IMG/VR virus record: IMGVR_UViG_3300023276_001086
Coordinates: 32,001-96,000 of that record
Strand: one strand, 5' to 3'
Length of the DNA stretch: 64,000 nucleotides
DNA from: a virus
The notes below the pieces were generated by a model. The model did no database searches, was not told where the DNA came from, and was given only the letters and a program-made list of their open reading frames with translations. Numbering within the stretch: the stretch's first letter is position 1; each line of letters begins with the position of its first letter. Below are positions 29,201-36,755 of this stretch, one piece after another. A program made the translations under genes and the position numbers.

Positions 29201-30877
29201 GTCGTGGATGGCCGTGGAGTCGATACCCGGCGTCGTGCCCACCTGAGCAGCCGTCACCGCATGAGGGTTCCCGGTGACGTCAGCTACGTGCGTGTCCAGG
29301 GTCGAGCCATCTGCCGAGACGTCGCGCCCGTCGACATTCCCGACGTTCGTGACCGCGTTGGCTCCCATGTCCAGACTGCCAGACATGGCGCGAGTCCCGT
29401 CAGCCAGGAGATACTGCTCGTGATCGTCATCAGAGAGACCAGCCAAAGAACCATGGTCATTCGAGGTGCCTGACGCCCCTCGGAGCTTAGCTGTGCGCCA
29501 ATCGACCCACTCCCCACCCGAAGACGTGAGCACCACACGACCCTGCACCACATTGTCGTACACGTTCGCAGTCTGAAAAATCACCGTGCCTACTGCCAAC
29601 AATTCTGGAAGGGGCAGCACCCCAAAAGCGAGGTTCGCAATCTCGGTCTCGGCACCGTCCCTTGCTTGGTTCGCCGTCGCGTAAGTCGCTTGACCCTGGA
29701 TAGCGATGTACTTCGGAACCGTCCCGTCGTCCGCAGTGATATTCGTGGCAAAAACGTGACACAGCACGAAGTCACCAATCGCTACTTCCGCCTGCGTGCC
29801 GCCGTCATTCCATGCGAGCCTACCTGTCCCCGTGTTCAGAACCGAAAAGCCAGCGACCGTAGTCCATCGCCAATCCGACCCAACGAGACGCCAGATCTCA
29901 AGACCGACTGTCGAGGCAACAGCGGCTAGCTCGATACCGAAATCTTCGTCGTAGAACTCGCCCTCAGCGACACTGAACTGAGCATGTGAGTCAGTGTCGC
30001 CGTCGCCGATGACGAAATTGGAAAGAGCCATCCCATCTTCAAAAGCCGCCCCAACGGTGCCATGCAAATAATGATGGGTCTCCGGGCTCATCAAAGCGCC
30101 ATGCAACTCAGGCATCAGACGCCCGTCGTTGTTCACGGCATCCCACAGGACAAAAGCGACAATCGTGTAGTTCACGATGATGTCGTCGGCCTGCGCGTGC
30201 GAGGGACTATTGAGACTCGTCATCGAGCCCTCGCTGTCAATGTAGAACACCCACAGACCCTCGGTGTCTGTGATGGTCTCAGTCAGGTTCCCTGTCTCTG
30301 TGTACGGGACACCCTCGAGGTAGTATTTGAAACTCGTCACAGCCGGGGAGACCGTGAGAGTCCTCGTGCCGTCATTCCAAGCCAGGTCTACGTCAGAATG
30401 ATCCGCAAATCCGTTCTGATACCAGTCTGCACGAGAGACCCCGTCCGCAGCGGCACTGACAAGAGCCCACACCCAAGGCGCACCAGCCGCAGTCTGCTTG
30501 TAGGGCTCGTTCTCATCCTTGACGGTGACAATGGAACCTTGCTTCGGAGTCGTGAAGACCCAAGCCGCCGAATTCCACTGAGCGATCTCACCCTCATGGG
30601 ACACAAAGGCCCCGGTCGGAGAACCCCCTACAATGACCCTATAGCCTGTGGATGGGCTGCCGGGTGGCGTGTTGATGCCCTGATCATCAACCGGCCCCTG
30701 CCAAACATTCTCACGACTCTCACCAACACCATGGACAACACCATCCTCGAGGATGACGAGGCCCTTGTTCTGGACGTACTGAGTTTGCAGCTCCGTGGCT
30801 GGGTTGGAGGACTGCTCCTCCCAGATGACCGCCTCTTCGTAAAGGGGGCCATCATGCGAGTCTGGGGTACGACTCAC
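26258..30877 (-). CDS. Long modular fibre protein: DUF2793-like, six ~52-aa repeats, two C1q/BclA-like domains, short collagen, C-terminal lectin-like domain
   Basis: 1539 aa; repeats DAIHDNVAAEISAITEK..P.SAD...IEDSA.SN.KKRVQ.GNLPGG; G.Y.V.A...LGAGDK C1q-like; GATGADGADGDTGPTG. Confidence 0.75.
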   Translation of the reverse strand: MSRTPDSHDGPLYEEAVIWEEQSSNPATELQTQYVQNKGLVILEDGVVHGVGESRENVWQGPVDDQGINTPPGSPSTGYRVIVGGSPTGAFVSHEGEIAQWNSAAWVFTTPKQGSIVTVKDENEPYKQTAAGAPWVWALVSAAADGVSRADWYQNGFADHSDVDLAWNDGTRTLTVSPAVTSFKYYLEGVPYTETGNLTETITDTEGLWVFYIDSEGSMTSLNSPSHAQADDIIVNYTIVAFVLWDAVNNDGRLMPELHGALMSPETHHYLHGTVGAAFEDGMALSNFVIGDGDTDSHAQFSVAEGEFYDEDFGIELAAVASTVGLEIWRLVGSDWRWTTVAGFSVLNTGTGRLAWNDGGTQAEVAIGDFVLCHVFATNITADDGTVPKYIAIQGQATYATANQARDGAETEIANLAFGVLPLPELLAVGTVIFQTANVYDNVVQGRVVLTSSGGEWVDWRTAKLRGASGTSNDHGSLAGLSDDDHEQYLLADGTRAMSGSLDMGANAVTNVGNVDGRDVSADGSTLDTHVADVTGNPHAVTAAQVGTTPGIDSTAIHDNVAAEISVITEKVTPVSGDFLVIEDSAAANAKKRVQVGNLPGGGGTDPDAIHDDVAAEISAITEKVAPASADFILIEDSADSNNKKRVQIGNLPSGVTVKMFQGIDVTGAMAVTNVAQTVPLTSEVIKDDYYTHSTSVLPGEVTISTAGWYRVTAMLNVTAVDTAAGIRGNPQLHFDLDTGGGWVQQSQVMSGYIRENNGYLSTAISMTSFFDLGAGDKIRFTVLDSVASEPNEQTTPNGSRLLIEYIDRTGPSAGGGGGDTITVNGSATASTDVDLDDSLPAAPAGEVNVKWQKDALDPTNVSASVQASSEAQKGVIEIATQGETDTGTDDARAVTPLKLATTTVAGIDSTAVHDNVNAEISAVTEKVTPVSGDFLLIEDSAASNAKKRVQVGNLPGGSGTDSDAIHDNVAAEISAITEKASPISADLLVIEDSADSNNKKRVQVGNLPGGSGTDSDAIHDNVDAEINAIADKASPVGADVLIIEDSAASYAKKKVSITNLPGGADADAIHDNVSAEISAVTEKTTPVSADLLLIEDSADSNSKKRVQIGNLPGGGSAADSQYFDAYDSTGGTSIDAGWTDVPLITERKKTSDFTHVASSAEVTIGEDGTYLVHASVSVDASSGTSRSDSLTRLMIDTGSGYVEVAGVAGGIYNRQATQGHGTATRVAVLDLDSGDKLKMQAMRNSGTNLLILQANGSALVISRVEGIGATGADGADGDTGPTGSGSDVIVQDEGVSIPNTPHGTLNFEGDGVTVTDAGSDEALITIPGGSSGGLGLFSLYDHFMHESFYDSPPFTWDSDVGGGSLLNSDPHWLRIRTGTASGSYATIIGRTRIVAGSPDPFTIRWRAQIVSEGGDADGYTMFGGMHDTSGILADHIWVNRGTNANTVKFVTTASSSATTTDNIAMDPHTMREYAVVVTASDAKLYIDGVLKATHTTTIPSTALVPGFSIDNDDAGEYKHMALDYVALLFGVADYDNYY
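27535..29225 (-). repeat. Intragenic tandem repeats (2 + 4 copies, ~155 bp) in the fibre gene
   Basis: Visible at DNA and protein level; two copies ~28920-29225, four copies ~27535-28155; boundaries approximate. Confidence 0.85.
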
Positions 30878-30878
30878 T

Positions 30879-31430
30879 CTACTTCCCCTTGGCCTTCTTG
30901 GGGCGCTTCGCAGTTGCCTTCTTGACTGGGGGCTTCGCAGCTGCCTTCTTGACTGGGGGCTTTTCTTGCCGCTGGGCCTTCAACGATGGGCCCGGGTGTG
31001 CATCCGGTACACGCCCGTCCTCCTCTATCGAGGCCTTGAGCGCCTCAAGCTTTGACATCTCAGCCTTGAACACACCGTTGACGTATCCGGTTGCGTCATC
31101 GAGTCCCTTGGCGCGGCCCTCTGACACGTGAGTTGCTATCTCAGCAGCTGTAGCGAGGTTGTCAATCGCACCAACAGCCCGCTTGAGATACCTCTTCGCA
31201 TAGGCAGCGACCTTGAGTGGCTCACCGACATACTCGTCAATGACACCCTCCTCGAGGTCCTTGTCTATGTGAGCCGCAAGCTGACCCACCCGCTGAGCTG
31301 CCAGGATGAAGGCGTCCTTGCCACCCCTGTGGCCGTGGACTTGCGCCCGAGCCTTGTCGCCCATCTCTTCGATGTGGCGACCAAACTCCTCGGCCATAAT
31401 GGTTTTGATCTGCGCCTTAGCCGGGTTCAT
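30879..31430 (-). CDS. Hypothetical helical protein with K/A/P-rich (histone-H1-like) tail
   Basis: 183 aa; KPPVKKAAAKPPVKKATAKRPKK. Confidence 0.65.
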   Translation of the reverse strand: MNPAKAQIKTIMAEEFGRHIEEMGDKARAQVHGHRGGKDAFILAAQRVGQLAAHIDKDLEEGVIDEYVGEPLKVAAYAKRYLKRAVGAIDNLATAAEIATHVSEGRAKGLDDATGYVNGVFKAEMSKLEALKASIEEDGRVPDAHPGPSLKAQRQEKPPVKKAAAKPPVKKATAKRPKKAKGK

Positions 31431-31472
31431 TGCCCTCTCCTATGTCAGCGGGTGGGCGGGAGCACGGGCTGC

Positions 31473-33032
31473 TTAGCCCCAAACGATCATCGAGATGACA
31501 TCCGGGTTGCTGCCCCCACGATACTTCAGGGCGTACTCGAACTTGAGATCGCCCTCAGCGGCGGTGTCGCCAGGGTAGACATCATTGTTCGCCGCAGCGT
31601 CGACCCCATTCCATTGGAGCTGCCCGTTGACGAAGACGTCCACGTCGGTGAGGAAGGTCACACCGGAATAGTCACCGAGCTGCGCCGAGATGTTGGGCCC
31701 AGTCGCGCCAGTGACATTGGTATTGGCTGCGATGTCGCCAGTGACCGTTGCTACGGTCTTGTCCCGCGTCACAGCACCAACGGCTTGAACGATGGCGTTG
31801 AGAAGGGAAACCTCGCCAAACTGCGCCTCGAAGGCGATCCACTCAGCCGCTGTGTCCGACAGCAACATGCCGTCGCGTGCCCACGTAGCGTCCTCGTTGC
31901 CGTCTGTGAGGATCAGCTCACCGGCACCAACCACACGGAGATCGTCGGAACCAGTTGTCTCGACTGTGCCGCCCGTGACGCCGATGTCGATCTCAGTGGC
32001 CTTCGTGTCGACCTTCACTTCGTTGGCGAAGTCAGTCGTGACCGCATTGACGTCGAAGACATCGACAGTGGTATTGATCTCCACTTCGGACGTCCCACCG
32101 GCAGAGCCCTCAATAACCCGTAGAAGGATGGCCTCGAGGTCGTCTCTGATGGACCAGACAAGCCCGGCGCCCTTGAGGTTGAGAGTCGCATTGGTGGTCA
32201 GATCAACAGCAGCAGTACCTTGGTTGTTGTAGGCAGCTTGGCGGTCAGTGTAGGAGGTACCCGCGTCAGCATAGCCGCCACCCCTCCACTGCCCCTCATT
32301 CATATCGTCGAAAGCCATACGCTCGGTGTAGGCGTAGTCGATGACCTTGCCCTGGATGTAGGCAGCCGCAGCGAGCTCGAGATCATCACCAGTCGAGTTG
32401 ACCACGACGAACGAGAGCTGTGCCCGATTCGCTGTCGTACCCGTGAGTGTCGAGCCGTCCGTGTTGGATTCACTCTGGAGCAACGCCATGATCTCGCGCT
32501 CTGTGGCGTCAACAATCGGATCACGAGTCGCGTTGTCGACGATCTGCACGAGGTTCTTCGGACTGATGGTGGTCGCCCCAGCAACTTCGTCGAGCGCTGC
32601 CGCAGCGAAGCTCGATGAGTAGGCGCAGACTGCACCCTCAGTGGTCACTGCACCGATGGCTGCTGTGGTGTTGGACGGAAGGTCAGCAAGGGCAAGTACC
32701 ACAAAGGCCTGTGCTGCCGGTACCGTGACGTCGACACCGACCATCGACACGTAGTCGAGGAAACGCTTTCGCTCGATGCCGTGAAGATCCGTGTTGAGGT
32801 CGTTGACCCCACGCTGGCTACCGGCGTCAAGAGCCGACGGCGTGTTCAAGTCATCAAACCAGTCCCCGGACTGTCCGTCCAAGAGATTGCTGGCCATGCT
32901 CCGCAGAGAGTTGAGGTCATCCTCAAGACTCGACGTGTTCGTCTCGAAGTTTGCCGCAGAGGGGGTTACGGTATCGTCGTAAGTCCCACTCTTGTGGATC
33001 TGCGTATCTTGATCGAAAATGGACCTACTCAT
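31473..33032 (-). CDS. Virion structural protein
   Basis: 519 aa, acidic; C-terminal VFVNGQLQ..DVY module. Confidence 0.65.
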   Translation of the reverse strand: MSRSIFDQDTQIHKSGTYDDTVTPSAANFETNTSSLEDDLNSLRSMASNLLDGQSGDWFDDLNTPSALDAGSQRGVNDLNTDLHGIERKRFLDYVSMVGVDVTVPAAQAFVVLALADLPSNTTAAIGAVTTEGAVCAYSSSFAAAALDEVAGATTISPKNLVQIVDNATRDPIVDATEREIMALLQSESNTDGSTLTGTTANRAQLSFVVVNSTGDDLELAAAAYIQGKVIDYAYTERMAFDDMNEGQWRGGGYADAGTSYTDRQAAYNNQGTAAVDLTTNATLNLKGAGLVWSIRDDLEAILLRVIEGSAGGTSEVEINTTVDVFDVNAVTTDFANEVKVDTKATEIDIGVTGGTVETTGSDDLRVVGAGELILTDGNEDATWARDGMLLSDTAAEWIAFEAQFGEVSLLNAIVQAVGAVTRDKTVATVTGDIAANTNVTGATGPNISAQLGDYSGVTFLTDVDVFVNGQLQWNGVDAAANNDVYPGDTAAEGDLKFEYALKYRGGSNPDVISMIVWG

Positions 33033-33049
33033 CGGTTACCCCTTGCTGA

Positions 33050-33706
33050 TCAAATGTCGGGCGCAAAGTCTACAGCCCAGTTCGACCCCGATCTCGGGGT
33101 GAACTCTAACTCTATTGTATCGTACCCAGTACCGGCACCACCAGACTCGGACACGACGTAGTCGCTGCCTGAGCCTTCTTCTAGTTTCTGGCCGTTGTAG
33201 AAGACTTTTTCCGAGCCCACGCCAAGGTGTACGAAGGCCATGGCTGTGGTGAAAATCTTGGGGTCACCTGTGGGGGTGAGGGGCTGGTTGTAGTACCGCC
33301 CACCGGATGTCCCGGTCTCGCCAACGACATCCATGGCCCGGAACAAGAGCTCGTCGTCGTCAGTAGCAACGCCTATCTGCTGCTTCTGACTCCCAGCCCC
33401 TGGGAAGTTGGCGTCCCCAGCGGCGGCCGGCTGACTGTCCGACCCAACGAAGTATGCCTCGCCAGGTGTGAGCCCTGTGTATAGATCAGTGAGCCCCTGG
33501 AACCGCACCCAACAGGCGGTTGGGCTCTGCTTCGACAGAATGACTGCCACTCCTGGCATCTTGTCGCCGTCGGACGGATCCGCCGCGCCTACCCGGTAAC
33601 GTGTGCCACTGAAGACGTCCCTGACGTAGACGATGTCCCCCACAGCATCAGCAGCCAGACAGGCCGCCAGCGCTAGGTTCTCCTGTTTTCGTGGTACGAC
33701 GGCCAT
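33050..33706 (-). CDS. Virion structural (decoration-like) protein
   Basis: 218 aa; GLTPGEAYFV..Q.IGVA domain plus VFYNGQKL..GSDY module. Confidence 0.65.
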   Translation of the reverse strand: MAVVPRKQENLALAACLAADAVGDIVYVRDVFSGTRYRVGAADPSDGDKMPGVAVILSKQSPTACWVRFQGLTDLYTGLTPGEAYFVGSDSQPAAAGDANFPGAGSQKQQIGVATDDDELLFRAMDVVGETGTSGGRYYNQPLTPTGDPKIFTTAMAFVHLGVGSEKVFYNGQKLEEGSGSDYVVSESGGAGTGYDTIELEFTPRSGSNWAVDFAPDI

Positions 33707-33717
33707 ATCGTACTCGG

Positions 33718-34143
33718 CTAGAAGGCTCCCCGCTTGGCAGCCTCGATATCAGCGAGTCTCGATGCTGCCGGAATGGCAGAACCGAACAAGGCACCCACCG
33801 CGGCAGCCCGACCAAGAGCTCGAGGCCTGAACCCTGCCTTGCGCGCCGCGCCGCCCTCAATCAAGGAGCCAGCAGCCTGTGCCCCGGCACCAACAAGCGC
33901 CCCGACTCCAGCCCGCCTGGCGTACTGCCCGGTGGTGTACTTCTTCCCGGCAAGTCGCTCGACTGCCTTCTCCTTCTCGCTCTGGGACTTAGACTCGCGG
34001 ATCTGCCCCCTGATTTTACGAAGCTCTTTGCGCCGAATACCCTTCGTGCCCAGATTCTTGACGAACTTATGGACGCGGCCCTTGGCACGCGCGTAGGCAC
34101 CCTCCTCAGCAAGCTTCATCATGTATACCTGAACGTTGGTCAT
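33718..34143 (-). CDS. Basic glycine-zipper protein with MMKLA leader
   Basis: 141 aa; two GxxxG-type hydrophobic stretches. Confidence 0.6.
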   Translation of the reverse strand: MTNVQVYMMKLAEEGAYARAKGRVHKFVKNLGTKGIRRKELRKIRGQIRESKSQSEKEKAVERLAGKKYTTGQYARRAGVGALVGAGAQAAGSLIEGGAARKAGFRPRALGRAAAVGALFGSAIPAASRLADIEAAKRGAF

Positions 34144-34150
34144 GGCACCC

Positions 34151-34384
34151 CTACTCTACCAGAAAGGCGTTGATCTCATCCTCGAGCAGCGCAGAGGCAG
34201 TCTCGGTCGTGTAATCCGCCATCCGACCGCCACTGGTACGGCCAGCGAAGACCGACCGCAAGAACGCAGCCTGGCTCTCAAACTCCCCAATTCTACGGTC
34301 AGCCCACTCCGTCACGGCGTTCTCGAGAGCGGTCAGCCGCTCCTCTCTTGTCGTCGTTGTGGTCTCTTCTTCCGCTCCGGCCAT
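34151..34384 (-). CDS. Hypothetical protein
   Basis: 77 aa, TGATG-coupled to the sigma gene. Confidence 0.6.
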   Translation of the reverse strand: MAGAEEETTTTTREERLTALENAVTEWADRRIGEFESQAAFLRSVFAGRTSGGRMADYTTETASALLEDEINAFLVE

Positions 34385-35154
34385 CAGGAATACCTCATCG
34401 CCTTCTTACCGATACTGGCTTTGATTCTCGACACCTTGGAGGGGGTAAGGTTCATCTTCTTGGCAATCTGACCTGGCTTGAGTTGGGGCTTACCACCCTC
34501 ACCCAGCAGATACTCGTAGACCGTCTGCTCTTGCGGGGCCAAGTCGTACTGGAGAAGCCTAAGTGTCTCCGCTTCCTTGGACGGCTTTAGCTTCGTCATA
34601 CCCCCACCCTGGAACTTCGAGGAGGGAATCTCCTTACGAAGCTCGCTCTCCATGGCCACAACCTGCTTCTGTGGCCACTTCATGTGATCCGCAATCTCGG
34701 TCGATGATGGATCCCTCTGAAGCTTATCGGCCAACAGATCCCGCTCAGTCTGGAACTGGTTGATCTTGTAGATCCTGGTCTCGGATATACGACCCACATT
34801 CTGGTACGTGGCGATGAACCTCTTGCCCTTCTTCAGCTGATGGGTGAGGTGGGTATTGAGTGCGGCCCGTTGGGGGTTGTAGCCCTGCACCGCCCTGATC
34901 GCCTGAATCTGGAACTCGGCATGAACCGCCGGCTTTGGGATGTTGACCCGACCTGAATAGACATTCGACTGCTTACGGATGAGGGGCTCGAGCTGCCTCA
35001 TCAAAGGCTCAAGGTCGTCAGCCTTGCGCCCATTCTGGTCCCACTGCTGCCAGAGCTGGAGATCCTTCTTGGACCTCGCGGTGGCTGCCTCTTTCTCCAG
35101 TGCATCTTCGGAGCCCAGGAACTCCTCGACTGGATTGAGCATCGTCGCCATCAA
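34384..35154 (-). CDS. RNA polymerase sigma-70 family factor, group 3 (FliA/WhiG/SigF-like)
   Basis: Region 2 (AIRAVQGYNPQRAALNTH), region 3 (LQRDPSSTEIADHM), region 4 HTH (LAPQEQTV..GQIAKKMNLTPSKVSRIK). Confidence 0.85.
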   Translation of the reverse strand: MMATMLNPVEEFLGSEDALEKEAATARSKKDLQLWQQWDQNGRKADDLEPLMRQLEPLIRKQSNVYSGRVNIPKPAVHAEFQIQAIRAVQGYNPQRAALNTHLTHQLKKGKRFIATYQNVGRISETRIYKINQFQTERDLLADKLQRDPSSTEIADHMKWPQKQVVAMESELRKEIPSSKFQGGGMTKLKPSKEAETLRLLQYDLAPQEQTVYEYLLGEGGKPQLKPGQIAKKMNLTPSKVSRIKASIGKKAMRYS

Positions 35155-36728
35155 ACACCCTTCCCAGTCTGTGCCATCAATCCAAGCACCTGGTCGTTCA
35201 AACGCTGCTTCTGCGAGGCCGTGTCGTAGAGGACATCCTCCACACCCTTCTTCGGACCAAAGAACCCACGAGGCCTCGAGGCGTAACGCTCAACCTTGAC
35301 CGACCGCTCCTTGGGCGGCAAATGATCATGAGACTTGTAGCGCCGAGCTCGACCAATGACCTGACGCAACCTCTCCTCGTTCCAGTGCGGCTCGAGCACC
35401 TGGACCTGCCGAGTGCCCTTGAGGTCCAAACCCTCGCCGCCAGCACCAGACACGAGCAAGGCCTTCACCTTCCCTGCATTGTAGTCGCGAACGTTCTGGT
35501 CACGGTCCTTCTTCTTCATGTCTCCGCGGAAAGACGTGTGCGAGATACCCTTGTCGGTGAGCTCCTTGGAGTAGTCGTCGAGTGTGCTGAGGTAGTTGGC
35601 GTAGACAACGGCCTTGTGCCGGGGATTGCGACCAGCCTCGGACTTGAGTCGGCCAACGGCGCTCTGAATCTTCGGGGACGCCCCGGGGTCACCATCGCCA
35701 GAGTACTTCTTCTCCGAGCTCGAAATCTGCCGAGTCTGGGCTTGGAACTGATTGATACTCGCAAGGTCTTTGTGGTCCGGTGGTAGCCCCTTCCCCAAAC
35801 GCATACGGGTCATCCACGGGAGCTGCCCCCAGGCTTGGTCGTGCAGAGCAGACTGCCGCCGAGTCATCTTGACGTTGACGCGCTCCTCACTGATTGAGGG
35901 GAACCCATCCTCAGCGTTACCGTGGTAGTCGACCCACCTGTTCAGGACCCTACCAAGCTCCTTCTTATGAACAATCTTCGGATCCTTCGCAGCAAACGGA
36001 TTGATCAACGCAAAGAAGCCCTTGTTCGGCTGCTGAACAAAGCGCTTGCGGAACTCGGTACCCTCCGGAAGCGCCTTCCCGCCAGCTGCAATATTCACCA
36101 GCGGAGCAACGTCCTCCGGCATGTTGTAGACCGGGGATGCCGTGAGCAGCATGCGCTTACTCGCCTTCGACTGACGCAGGAGCTTGTAGCCCTTGGACTG
36201 CGGATTGCGAACTCGATGAGCCTCATCAACAATCAGGAGGTCACCTCGAGGTGGGTTGCCGTCCTTGACCGCCTTCTGGATACTCTCAACCTTGATAGGC
36301 AAGCTACCCTTGACGTGCTTCTTGATCTCCTTCTCATAGTTCTCTCGAAGAGCCGCCGGAACAAGTACGCGAGCTCGCTGCGGACCCAGATCTACTGCGG
36401 CACCGATAGAGCTGAACGTCTTACCCGAACCGGTACCGTGCGCCACCACAAGACCAGGCTGCTTGCGAATCTTATCGACGACCCGCTGCTGGTGAGGAAG
36501 CAGAGTCGACTTCAACTCAGCACCCTCCTTCTTGAACTCATCCCCCTCGCCGCCGGCTAGCCAGGCACCGTACTTCTCTTCAGCGTCGTGAACAGGGTCG
36601 TGGAGAACCTCGCTTGGCGTCTTGGAATGGAGATCTTTGCCCAGCAGGGTGTCCACGCGGTACGGACGCGCGCCCGCACGGGTCTGCATGAAACCACCCA
36701 TCTGCTTACCAACTGCGTCCTTCTCCAT
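35151..36728 (-). CDS. SNF2-like superfamily 2 helicase/ATPase
   Basis: LLPHQ, HGTGSGKT, DEAH, LTASP, AGGEGLDL, EPHWN, QVIGRARR. Confidence 0.9.
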   Translation of the reverse strand: MEKDAVGKQMGGFMQTRAGARPYRVDTLLGKDLHSKTPSEVLHDPVHDAEEKYGAWLAGGEGDEFKKEGAELKSTLLPHQQRVVDKIRKQPGLVVAHGTGSGKTFSSIGAAVDLGPQRARVLVPAALRENYEKEIKKHVKGSLPIKVESIQKAVKDGNPPRGDLLIVDEAHRVRNPQSKGYKLLRQSKASKRMLLTASPVYNMPEDVAPLVNIAAGGKALPEGTEFRKRFVQQPNKGFFALINPFAAKDPKIVHKKELGRVLNRWVDYHGNAEDGFPSISEERVNVKMTRRQSALHDQAWGQLPWMTRMRLGKGLPPDHKDLASINQFQAQTRQISSSEKKYSGDGDPGASPKIQSAVGRLKSEAGRNPRHKAVVYANYLSTLDDYSKELTDKGISHTSFRGDMKKKDRDQNVRDYNAGKVKALLVSGAGGEGLDLKGTRQVQVLEPHWNEERLRQVIGRARRYKSHDHLPPKERSVKVERYASRPRGFFGPKKGVEDVLYDTASQKQRLNDQVLGLMAQTGKGV

Positions 36729-36755
36729 GGGTCCATCCTACTCCGCGCCCAACGC

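Noticed and set aside
1055-30877. Diversity-generating retroelement or invertase-switched tail fibres
   Set aside because: No reverse transcriptase, recombinase or adenine-specific TR/VR pair was seen; the fibre repeats are in-frame coding repeats.
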